This document shows, in pieces, positions 38,895 through 47,921 of a DNA stretch of 63,513 nt (its first letter is position 1; each line of letters begins with the position of its first letter). Source of the DNA: a virus (taxonomy: Duplodnaviria; Caudoviricetes); the IMG/VR virus record IMGVR_UViG_3300021964_006691, positions 1 to 63,513 of that record; one strand, 5' to 3'. Both the position numbers and the translations under genes were made by a program. The notes below the pieces were generated by a model, which had not been told where the DNA came from, made no database searches, and saw only the letters and a list, made by a program, of their open reading frames with translations.

Positions 38895-40733
38895 TTAACT
38901 ACAGCCACATGATGAGCAAGCCATCAGTTTATGTTTTTTATTACCACATTTAGGACATTCGCCTTCTTCTAAACCTGCTAATTTTTTAAGTTCTTCCATT
39001 GCGGCTTCTAATGCCTTATTACCAGTATCTTCAACAGATTCTTCGTAGTCTGCATCTGCAGGTTCCATACCATCTGCGGCATCCTGACTGATGTCATGTG
39101 CGGCTGGTTCAAGTACCTCTTCTCTGTACTTCTCAAAAGTTTCCTCGTAGTTATCTTTGTGGAGAAAGTCAGGAGCAATATGTTGTTGCATATCATCTAT
39201 TAATTCTTCTTCTTTTTGTCCAACATAGTCCATAAGATCTTCATCACTCATGTCACTAATAGACTGTTCAGAAGGTTGTGATTCATTAACACTTTCGTCT
39301 TTTTTATGTTTACCGATATATTTTTTGTATGCGGCTTCGTTATCGTCTATTTCTTCTTGTGAAGGTTCATTTGGGTCGTCATCAAATTGTACATACCCGG
39401 AACCATTACAATGTTTACAGTCTTCATCTTTTCCATCACAATGGTAGCAGTCCCCACCTTCTGCAATTTCTTCATCCTCTTCAACGCCATCTTCACACTT
39501 TGCCATTTCTTTGCACTTGCTACAACGACCTACATTATCTTCAATTTCGCCTTCGATAGGAGCATCACAGCAATTACTGACTTTATCTTTTCCTTCTTCA
39601 ATACCGTAGTCTGATTTAATGTCTGATAAGTCTAAACTTTCTTCAGGCATTTCTGGCTCATCGTCTATTACTGGTGAGTCATCACCTGCTTCTAAATCCA
39701 TTTCTTTAATTGCTTTCTTTACAACTTCCATTGTAAATTTTTTATCATCATCACTAAGTTTAGTAATTCCGCCTTCTTCTTTTTCTAATTGTTTAATTAT
39801 GTTATTAAGTTTTTCGCCTGCTTGTAGTCCGTTATCATTTGCAGGTGAAATTCGTTCGTTGATCTCAGCCAGTAAGTTTGCTGGGCTTCTTAAAAGTGCC
39901 TGTATAAACTCCTCTTTCTTAACTTCAGGATCATTTACATCTGAACCTTCAGGAAATCTGTTTGCTATACTGTGAAAAGAAGAACTTTTGCTAGGTGGTG
40001 TAAACTCAATATCCTTTACTTCCACATTAGTTTCAAATTCTACAGGAGCATTTTCTTGGACTTCTAATCCTGCTAATTTCATTAATATATTTAAATCTTC
40101 GCTCATTTTTTCACCTACTATTTTATCATATATGAGATTAAAAACTGTCTCGTTATATTCTTTAAATTGCTTTTCAAAAACCTGTTTAGCAGATTCTTTA
40201 TCTGGACTATTTTTTAAAGCATTTCTAAATGCACTTGCACTTTCAACTTCACCATCACTTTCTATGTTAGGCACTTCAAATAAGTAACCTCTCTTATCCA
40301 TTGTTTGTGGTGTATCACCAATACTATTTATCATTTGATAGTATTTTGGTTCAAATTCTCCAGTATCCTTATTAGCTCTAACCTTCATATCTAACCCAGT
40401 ATCAGGATCTATGTTGTTCATAGCAAATCTGGTATTCATATCCTTTTCGCCCACAGCAAAGATCACTATAGTATCACTGTGATCAAATTGATTATAAAAT
40501 GTATGTACATAAGGCTGTTGAGCCTCTAATACTCTTTCGGGGGCTATACCCTGTGCCTGAGCAATCATTTGTTTTTGTTTAAAATTAAAGGGAGACTTTT
40601 CTTCGTCAACTTTGTTAGATGTTCCTATGTAAACTTCATAGTCTTTGAAATGTGTTTTAAGGTAATCAAATACTTTCACATGATGTGATAGCATGGGCTG
40701 AAATCTACCTGGATATATAACAACCTTTTTCAT
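38895..40733 (-). CDS. Cytidyltransferase-like (HIGH superfamily) domain fused to acidic and Cys-rich modules
   Basis: VVIYPGRFQPMLSHH, AVGEKD, SASAFR; two L.KLAGL motifs; several CxxC modules. Confidence 0.7.
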   Translation of the reverse strand: MKKVVIYPGRFQPMLSHHVKVFDYLKTHFKDYEVYIGTSNKVDEEKSPFNFKQKQMIAQAQGIAPERVLEAQQPYVHTFYNQFDHSDTIVIFAVGEKDMNTRFAMNNIDPDTGLDMKVRANKDTGEFEPKYYQMINSIGDTPQTMDKRGYLFEVPNIESDGEVESASAFRNALKNSPDKESAKQVFEKQFKEYNETVFNLIYDKIVGEKMSEDLNILMKLAGLEVQENAPVEFETNVEVKDIEFTPPSKSSSFHSIANRFPEGSDVNDPEVKKEEFIQALLRSPANLLAEINERISPANDNGLQAGEKLNNIIKQLEKEEGGITKLSDDDKKFTMEVVKKAIKEMDLEAGDDSPVIDDEPEMPEESLDLSDIKSDYGIEEGKDKVSNCCDAPIEGEIEDNVGRCSKCKEMAKCEDGVEEDEEIAEGGDCYHCDGKDEDCKHCNGSGYVQFDDDPNEPSQEEIDDNEAAYKKYIGKHKKDESVNESQPSEQSISDMSDEDLMDYVGQKEEELIDDMQQHIAPDFLHKDNYEETFEKYREEVLEPAAHDISQDAADGMEPADADYEESVEDTGNKALEAAMEELKKLAGLEEGECPKCGNKKHKLMACSSCGCS

Positions 40734-40740
40734 TTAGATC

Positions 40741-42666
40741 TTACCACTTACGGCAAGACCAATATCTGGCCTTTGTCTTTGGTCCTGGATTGTCGCAATT
40801 ATGTCTTGCTCTGAAACTTTTCCTGGCTTTGGGATTGCTCTTTCTGATACGCATTGTCTTACGTTTTGCTGATGTTCCACCGTGTCCAAAATTTACTTTT
40901 TTTACATTTCCTGTTTTAGGATCTTTAACATAAACTTTAAACTTCTTAACATCTCCACGCATAGGCTTATTAAGTTTAACTTTACGTCCTTGGTATTCTG
41001 CTTCAAATGTATGTTCTTGATCTTCACTGTAGCCTAATACTCCAAACTCTTCGTGGAAGTCTTTATTGTCTTCTAATGTGATTTCATCTTCTCTAATTTT
41101 ATGGACCCTACCATCGAGTTTGTCTTCTTCATCACTGGTTACACCATCAGGATGTCCCAGGTTTCTGTTATCTATATAGTCAGCATTGCAATTACAATGT
41201 GGGCAATCTGATGGACACTCACAGTCTTTTCTTTCTACATCTGCACCACAACACTTATCTGAGCAATGTGTATCTCTTTTGTTTTCTGATAGTTTAACAC
41301 CATAAATCATTTTAGCAACATCTTTAACCATGTCTGCCATTTCTGAGTTTTGGCTTTCCAGTTCAGCATATAGTTCTGCGGCTGACATTTCAGTCCAGCG
41401 ATTCTCATCACCTAATGCTTTGGCAATCATTTTTGCTACTGCTGATTCTGAAGCATCGCCTTCTGCATCTTCTGGAAGTTTAACACCTTTTAATCTAGCG
41501 GCTTGGTTTTTTCTCAAACGGATTAATTCTCTATGTGCTCTACTACTAGGATCTACCTCTTCTGGACCGCCCGGGTAAGTTCCATCAGTTCCCACAAACA
41601 TTCCCTTTTCAGGTTTAAATACATATTCTTTGCCATTAGGAAGTTTTACTATATCAGCAAGATCTAAACTTTGAAAAGGACGCCCTTCTGTTTTAATACC
41701 AGATAGATGTTTAAGTAATTCAAGTTCTATTTTCTTCTTCTCTTCTTTTTTCTCTGATTTTTTAATTTTTTTGTCGTGTTTATCAATATTATCTGTAGCG
41801 AATGTTTGATCTATTGTGCCTTCTTCAAAATTAACATCTTCTTTAGTTAATCCTGCGGCTTTCATACCTTTAGCAACTAAACTGGCTCTTTGTGCCCTGC
41901 CCATATGCGGATAATCTACAGCCATTTGTTGCATAGCCATTCTGGGATCATCCATGCCTTTAACCATATTAGCAATTTGTTTTACGATTTCTTCATCGCC
42001 TGGGTAATTTGCTTTAGCATCATCTCTGTCTGCTTTACGTTTGTCATGTTTAATAATTTCTGCCCAGTTAGGTAAGCCATCATCGTTTTGCGTCATCTCG
42101 CCGCCATCACAACCAAAGTTACCCCAGCCATAACAACTGTCTTCACCGTTCTCTTCGTCACCATCCATGCAACTGCTACCAGCACACTCAGGACATATAC
42201 CATCTACCACAGTTTCTTTCTGCCAATCATGTCTGCAGTCGTCTGTAGCATCTTTTAAATCTTTAAATGCTTCTTGTCTTTGTTCAGCATCATAGTAATC
42301 ATCTGGTGTGCCAATCATATCGTCTGACAGATCTGGCATATCCATTTCTTCTAAATCTATATGTTGTTCTTGTATGCCCTCAACTATTTCAAAATCATCA
42401 CTACTAGTGCCAGTATAACGTGATGCTGTTCCACCATGTTGAGCCTTTGCTTTGTCTATTGCACTCTTGCTATGCATAGCAGTAACTTTATATTCTTTAC
42501 CACTTGATTTATGTTTAACTGTATAATGTTGGAAGGATTCTTCAACAGATTCTGATTTCTTTTTTGCTTTGCCTTTTTTGATCTGTTTGCCTAAGCAACC
42601 TGACTCACTAGGCTCCTGAAAGCCTGATCCGATTTTAATGTTTTCGAAGAAGTTTACTAGTTTCAT
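40741..42666 (-). CDS. Modular putative head cargo protein with basic C-terminal domain (DUF6321-like)
   Basis: MKLVNFFE; C-terminal EAEYQGRKVKLNKP...KKVNFG...SFRARHNC...ARYWSCRKW; family recalled from memory. Confidence 0.65.
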   Translation of the reverse strand: MKLVNFFENIKIGSGFQEPSESGCLGKQIKKGKAKKKSESVEESFQHYTVKHKSSGKEYKVTAMHSKSAIDKAKAQHGGTASRYTGTSSDDFEIVEGIQEQHIDLEEMDMPDLSDDMIGTPDDYYDAEQRQEAFKDLKDATDDCRHDWQKETVVDGICPECAGSSCMDGDEENGEDSCYGWGNFGCDGGEMTQNDDGLPNWAEIIKHDKRKADRDDAKANYPGDEEIVKQIANMVKGMDDPRMAMQQMAVDYPHMGRAQRASLVAKGMKAAGLTKEDVNFEEGTIDQTFATDNIDKHDKKIKKSEKKEEKKKIELELLKHLSGIKTEGRPFQSLDLADIVKLPNGKEYVFKPEKGMFVGTDGTYPGGPEEVDPSSRAHRELIRLRKNQAARLKGVKLPEDAEGDASESAVAKMIAKALGDENRWTEMSAAELYAELESQNSEMADMVKDVAKMIYGVKLSENKRDTHCSDKCCGADVERKDCECPSDCPHCNCNADYIDNRNLGHPDGVTSDEEDKLDGRVHKIREDEITLEDNKDFHEEFGVLGYSEDQEHTFEAEYQGRKVKLNKPMRGDVKKFKVYVKDPKTGNVKKVNFGHGGTSAKRKTMRIRKSNPKARKSFRARHNCDNPGPKTKARYWSCRKW

Positions 42667-42686
42667 GTAAACTATTTATCACTTTT

Positions 42687-42893
42687 TTAGTCTTCGCTAG
42701 GAGTTTTCCATACGATGTCTATACCGCGTCTAGCAAGTTCATTCATACATTTTTGTTTAATTTTAGGCTTTTGACCATTATTAATGTAATCGAATAACTC
42801 GTCTTTAGATATGTTTTTGATGTAAAAGTTTTGTGTTACCCTGCCTTGGCCTTTGACCATTGTTGTCTGACTGGGTTTAAATTTTGTTGGCAT
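42687..42893 (-). CDS. Small basic hypothetical protein
   Basis: AGGAG RBS; late promoter 42919. Confidence 0.7.
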   Translation of the reverse strand: MPTKFKPSQTTMVKGQGRVTQNFYIKNISKDELFDYINNGQKPKIKQKCMNELARRGIDIVWKTPSED

Positions 42894-42950
42894 GACTACT
42901 CCTAATTTATTAAAACAGTATTTATCTAATTAGGAGTAATCAATAATATG

Positions 42951-43133
42951 TTAGCCTTCTTTTTTAACTAGTGTGTAGATTCCGTAACCTAATCCTACCC
43001 AAGCGGCTAATTTTACTATGCCACCAAATAGTATTATGCTACCTGATATTGCAATTAGAGCAATTCCATCTAGACTTGTTCTCTCACCTACTCTGTCTGT
43101 GATCCAATCTTTTGCTAATGTTATATATTTCAT
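42951..43133 (-). CDS. Small two-TM protein (holin-like size)
   Basis: ERTSLDG followed by two hydrophobic segments. Confidence 0.6.
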   Translation of the reverse strand: MKYITLAKDWITDRVGERTSLDGIALIAISGSIILFGGIVKLAAWVGLGYGIYTLVKKEG

Positions 43134-43141
43134 AATTAATC

Positions 43142-43720
43142 CTATTTCTTTTTCTTTCTTACTGTATTACTTACATTCTTTGCCTTACCCTTTCTGTTTT
43201 TATTGGGGTCGTTACGTCTTTTCTTTGATACTGCTTTACCAATTGCGGCTTTACCGCCTTTGGCTCTTAAACTTGCGGCTCTGCTTTTGCTTAAACATTT
43301 AGGTTTACCTTCGCCTTTCTTACTGTCTCCGCACTTGCCAATACGTTCGCCTTTGGTGTTGTATCTGTCCCAACCGCCACCACCGGCTCCACCTTTCTTC
43401 CCTTTGCCAAACCAGGCTCTTAAATTTTCGTCTATGCCCTCATTAGTTATTCCAAATTCTGGCATAGCAATAAACGTATTGTTCATCATAACTTTGATGT
43501 TTTCTGCTTTAAAATTATATGGAGGACCCATAAGTTCTGAAATCTTTTTACTTAATTCGTTTTTGTCTTTTATGTTATCGTCTACCCAACTTTCTGGTTT
43601 TGCGGCGCCTACTGGAGTAAATGCATGAAGTTCAAACTTATCGTTACTTGGGGGAGATGGGGGAGATGGAAAGTTACCCTGAATGACTTCGCCTTCACTA
43701 ATTATTTCACGGATAAACAT
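43142..43720 (-). CDS. Putative head cargo protein with basic C-terminal module (start reassigned to ATG 43720)
   Basis: MFIREIISE; ENLRAWFGKGKKGGAGGGGWDRY...KPKCL. Confidence 0.65.
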   Translation of the reverse strand: MFIREIISEGEVIQGNFPSPPSPPSNDKFELHAFTPVGAAKPESWVDDNIKDKNELSKKISELMGPPYNFKAENIKVMMNNTFIAMPEFGITNEGIDENLRAWFGKGKKGGAGGGGWDRYNTKGERIGKCGDSKKGEGKPKCLSKSRAASLRAKGGKAAIGKAVSKKRRNDPNKNRKGKAKNVSNTVRKKKK

Positions 43721-43721
43721 G

Positions 43722-44054
43722 TTATTTCTTTTTAGATTTTTTCTTCTTGGAACTGTTGCCCCAATTCTTAGCACCTACTTTACGGCACTTGACTAAGGCA
43801 CCACTGGCGTATGCACTGGGCCATACTTTGTATCTGGATTTTACTTTGTGATAACAAGCATCTTGTTTTTCTGCTAACTGATCAAATTCTTCTTCTGTAA
43901 TTAAATCACTTGCTGATTTATTTTTGTTATTCTTACTACCAACTAACATACCTGTATAAGGGTGTGGTTGTTCTCTGCCTGTTACTGGCTTACTGAGTTT
44001 AGGTTTAGGATCAGAGGCTCTGACTACTTTAGTAGCGACTTCCGAAATTTTCAT
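43722..44054 (-). CDS. Basic protein with DUF5872-like module
   Basis: MKISEV; EKQDACYHKVKSRYKVWPSAYASGALVKCRK; family recalled from memory. Confidence 0.65.
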   Translation of the reverse strand: MKISEVATKVVRASDPKPKLSKPVTGREQPHPYTGMLVGSKNNKNKSASDLITEEEFDQLAEKQDACYHKVKSRYKVWPSAYASGALVKCRKVGAKNWGNSSKKKKSKKK

Positions 44055-44590
44055 TATTCAATTGAGCCTGTGTAAAATACCTTTACTGTGGCTGTACCGG
44101 CACTGGCTCCGCCCTGAGTTACTATTGCACTAATGGCTGTTGAAGCCGCATATACATGATCATTTTCAAATATGTGCTGTCCACCTGCAGGTTCGAATCC
44201 ACTAAACAGTCTGTCAGTGTCATCAGCATCACCTACAACTATTTCTGTTGTTGCATTTGCACCAGTCCAGTTACCTGTACCTTTTTCAACAACAACTTTT
44301 TGTATAGTAGTATTTGCGGCGGCTGTACCAATTGATACTGTACCACCGTCGTAAGTTACACTTGCGGAAATATAATTAAGTTTTTGACTACCACTAGCAT
44401 CTAACTGCCCTTTAGTAACAGCATGGCTACTTGCTGTTCCGTTTGCAATGGCAATATTTTCTAATGCATCTGCATTGTCTTTTAAACTAATTACTGAACT
44501 ATCACTGGCATCTATTACTGCACCTTGTTTACCAAGTTCTAAAGTAGTACTAACGCCTGCTATACCATAGTTTTTTACTGAGTCTACCAT
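44054..44590 (-). CDS. Virion structural protein (paralog of 44605-45210)
   Basis: VKNYGIAGVSTTLELGKQG; AVTKGQLD; GASAGTATV. Confidence 0.7.
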   Translation of the reverse strand: MVDSVKNYGIAGVSTTLELGKQGAVIDASDSSVISLKDNADALENIAIANGTASSHAVTKGQLDASGSQKLNYISASVTYDGGTVSIGTAAANTTIQKVVVEKGTGNWTGANATTEIVVGDADDTDRLFSGFEPAGGQHIFENDHVYAASTAISAIVTQGGASAGTATVKVFYTGSIE

Positions 44591-44604
44591 AATAGTTTCC
44601 TATA

Positions 44605-45210
44605 TTAAGAAATGTTACCTAAATCGCTATTGCTGTTTTGTGCATTATTAATTGAACCGTAATCTGTTACACTTACACTATCACTTGCTAATACAACACT
44701 AACTGTGGCTGTTCCGGCACTTGCGGCACCGTTAGTTACTTCTGCTGTTAATACTGATTCTGCTGAGTACTCATATTGGTATTGTGAATGATATTGTCCT
44801 ACTTTAGTTACATCAACATCTCCGCTTCTGATAAACCTTGAACCGTTTGATGTATCACCAACTTCAACATAGTCACCTGCTCCACCACTTGTCCAAGCAC
44901 TAGGAACATCAACTGTTACTGATATTATTCTACTACCTGCCGCAACAGTGGCAATATTACTTGCACCTGATGTATTGTAGTCAACATCTAGAGTTACATG
45001 CTGAACTAAATCAGACGTTGTTGCATCTAACTGAGCTTTAGTAACAGCCTGTGTTGATGTTGTTGCGTTTGCAATAGCAATTTTTTGTAATTCGTCACCT
45101 GATGTATAAAACCCTATAGCATCTGCATTACCTGTGATGTAGGAACCCTGTTTACCAAGTTCAACATTAGTACTAACACCTGCTAAGTTATATTTTTTAA
45201 CTGTGGCCAT
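44605..45210 (-). CDS. Virion structural protein
   Basis: VKKYNLAGVSTNVELGKQG; AVTKAQLD; AASAGTATV; late promoter 45245. Confidence 0.7.
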   Translation of the reverse strand: MATVKKYNLAGVSTNVELGKQGSYITGNADAIGFYTSGDELQKIAIANATTSTQAVTKAQLDATTSDLVQHVTLDVDYNTSGASNIATVAAGSRIISVTVDVPSAWTSGGAGDYVEVGDTSNGSRFIRSGDVDVTKVGQYHSQYQYEYSAESVLTAEVTNGAASAGTATVSVVLASDSVSVTDYGSINNAQNSNSDLGNIS

Positions 45211-45291
45211 TTAAATCTCCGCGTATATTTAAAATCTATAATTGTATTTATCTTATCTTGACATATTACTGGTTTGTGTTATACTTATCCT

Positions 45292-46359
45292 ATGTTTGAT
45301 GACTCTATAAAACGTATTGGTTTTTGTTGTAAGTATCTGGAAGAAGACCAGACACAAAAACCTAAAATACTAAAAGAAAAACAGCAGATGTATACTGAAA
45401 AGTCTACTACAAGACTGTGGTGTAACAATAATCCTGACAAAGCAGAACAGAAGTTATTGGATTGTGTTGAACACAATATGCAAAGTGCATACAATCTTGT
45501 GGAGTATGTGAGTACACTACCTGAAAATATGCGTATGGTAAGACTAGGCAGTAACCAAATACCCATGGCAACTGAACCTACATGGAGATATGTCTTTGAG
45601 GATAAAACAGTAATTAAAGAACTTGAGAAAGGATTTAGCAAAGTAGGAGAACTTGCCAGAGAAAAAGATGTCCGTTTAAGTTTCCATCCTGGACAGTTTT
45701 GTGTACTTGCTAGTGACAAACCTGAGGTTGTAGAACGAAGTATTGATGAGTTTGAGTATCATGCTAACATGGTACGTTGGATGGGTTTTGGTAAAGAGTT
45801 TATGGACTTTAAAACTAATGTCCATATTTCGGGTAGACAAGGATATCAAGGTATCATAAATATACTAGATAAATTGAGCCCAGAAGCTCGTAACACAATC
45901 GCTATTGAAAATGACGAAATGTGTTGGGGATTAGATGAGTCCCTACAATTAGAAAAATATGTTGCACTGGTGTTAGATATACACCATCACTGGATTAGAG
46001 ATGAAGAATATATACAAGCGAATGATGACCGCGTTAAAAGGGTTATTGATAGTTGGCGTGGTGTCAGGCCTACTTTACATTATAGTTATAGCAGGGATGA
46101 ATGGTTACCTGAACCATCCGTGCTTGGTGCAAACCACCAACATGGAGACATGCATGATATCAACAACCTACTCGATTTAGGTTGCAAAAAACAAAAACTA
46201 AGAGCCCACTCTGATTTTTATCCTAATGAACAAGTAAACGAATGGGCATTGACCTTTTGGCAAAACTTTGACATACAATGTGAGGCCAAAGCCAAAAACT
46301 TGGCAAGTAAACAGTTATACGAAACAGCATTGGAATTAAATCTATGTCAGAGCATATAG
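45292..46359 (+). CDS. uvsE: UV DNA damage endonuclease (start reassigned to ATG 45292)
   Basis: RIGFCC, RLSFHPGQF, IENDE, LVLDIHHH, RAHSD, CEAKAK. Confidence 0.92.
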   Translation: MFDDSIKRIGFCCKYLEEDQTQKPKILKEKQQMYTEKSTTRLWCNNNPDKAEQKLLDCVEHNMQSAYNLVEYVSTLPENMRMVRLGSNQIPMATEPTWRYVFEDKTVIKELEKGFSKVGELAREKDVRLSFHPGQFCVLASDKPEVVERSIDEFEYHANMVRWMGFGKEFMDFKTNVHISGRQGYQGIINILDKLSPEARNTIAIENDEMCWGLDESLQLEKYVALVLDIHHHWIRDEEYIQANDDRVKRVIDSWRGVRPTLHYSYSRDEWLPEPSVLGANHQHGDMHDINNLLDLGCKKQKLRAHSDFYPNEQVNEWALTFWQNFDIQCEAKAKNLASKQLYETALELNLCQSI

Positions 46360-46961
46360 AAGGCCAATATAGAAAATCCTTACTGCCAGAAGCAAAATTT
46401 AAAGGTAAAAAGGTCTGCGTACTCACTAATTATAGAACAGGTAGTACTTTTTTTATAAGAGAAACTTTCTTAGAAAACAGACTTATGCCCATGGAAAATT
46501 GGGAACATTTTAATACTAATAAACAATTTGATTTTTTAGTAAATGAACTGCACGAAAGATCGGCATTTGTCTTCAAATTAATGCCAGATCAAATAAACTT
46601 AGACAAGGAAAAATATCACACAGTATTAAGTGAATGTGATGAAATAGTTTATCTTTTTAGACGAGACTTTAAAGCCCAAGCAAGAGGCTGGATAGCCTGG
46701 AATCTATCTGGTGATCATGAGCATCATTATGGTGAGATTAAAAAGTATGATATAAATGTTACACAAGAAATTGCTGACTACTATAGTAAGGAACTTATAG
46801 ATAATTACAAGTTTATGAACTACTCATTTAAAAGGTATCCTGGTAGTGTTTACTGTTTGGAGGACTTCCCTATACAAGTTCCTTATAGCAGAATTTATAA
46901 TTGGCAAACAAATATAAAAATTCCTGAGTTTAATACTCATAAAGAAGTGTTCAGATCTTGA
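46344..46961 (+). CDS. Sulfotransferase-like P-loop protein
   Basis: TNYRTGST; FKLMP; YLFRRD. Confidence 0.55.
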   Translation: MSEHIEGQYRKSLLPEAKFKGKKVCVLTNYRTGSTFFIRETFLENRLMPMENWEHFNTNKQFDFLVNELHERSAFVFKLMPDQINLDKEKYHTVLSECDEIVYLFRRDFKAQARGWIAWNLSGDHEHHYGEIKKYDINVTQEIADYYSKELIDNYKFMNYSFKRYPGSVYCLEDFPIQVPYSRIYNWQTNIKIPEFNTHKEVFRS

Positions 46962-46994
46962 ACATTTACAAAAAATATTCTGGTAAATAGCACT

Positions 46995-47921
46995 ATGAAG
47001 GTTTTAATTATTGGTGGCTGTGGCTATGTAGGCTCAGCAATTGGTAAGCATCTCGCAGACAAACATGAGATTACCAATATAGATTTAGAATGGTTTGGTA
47101 ATCATTCCTATGCTCATACAATTAATATGGACTACAATGACTTAACACCTAAATTTTTAGATAAATTTAATGTTGTAGTACTCACAGCAGGTCACAGTAG
47201 TGTAAAAATGTGTGATACAGACTTGCAAAGCAGTTTTAATAACAATGTAAGGAACTTTGTAAACCTCACTAATAAACTGACAACACAAAAATTTATATAT
47301 GCCAGTAGTGCCAGTGTGTATGGTAATACATCTGATACTGAAATATCAGAGGACAATGTAAACTTCAGTCCTATAAATTATTATGATATGACTAAGTTAC
47401 ATATAGATCACATCATGCATTTAAGTCCTTTAGACTATTATGGATTACGATTTGGTACAGTAAATGGTCCAGCACCCAGTATTAGAACAGATGTAATGAT
47501 CAATGCTATGGTGAATACTGCTATGCAAAAAGGTGAGATACATGTATTTAATGCTGATACTCGCAGAAGTATATTAGGAATAAACGATTTATGCAGAGCA
47601 GTGGATACAATTATAGACGATAATATAATGTCCAACAGAGGTATATACAATACAGCAAGTTTTACAAATACAGCAGGAGAGATTGCAGAAGCAGTAGGCA
47701 AACATGCAAACGTTCCTGTTATAGATAAAGATCCTCCTAGTGTTATCTTTAATGAGAAGTTACAAAATAAAACATACGACTTTGGTATTAGTACTACAAA
47801 GTTTGAAAACACATTTAACTTTAAATTTACAGACACATTAGACAGTATCACACAGGAGATGGTAGATCAATATGCAAAATGCAATAGAGACCACAGAGCA
47901 GAACTCGTACACTACACTTGA
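46995..47921 (+). CDS. NAD-dependent sugar epimerase/dehydratase
   Basis: IGGCGYVG, YASSASVYG, YDMTK (YxxxK), LRFGTV.G. Confidence 0.92.
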   Translation: MKVLIIGGCGYVGSAIGKHLADKHEITNIDLEWFGNHSYAHTINMDYNDLTPKFLDKFNVVVLTAGHSSVKMCDTDLQSSFNNNVRNFVNLTNKLTTQKFIYASSASVYGNTSDTEISEDNVNFSPINYYDMTKLHIDHIMHLSPLDYYGLRFGTVNGPAPSIRTDVMINAMVNTAMQKGEIHVFNADTRRSILGINDLCRAVDTIIDDNIMSNRGIYNTASFTNTAGEIAEAVGKHANVPVIDKDPPSVIFNEKLQNKTYDFGISTTKFENTFNFKFTDTLDSITQEMVDQYAKCNRDHRAELVHYT

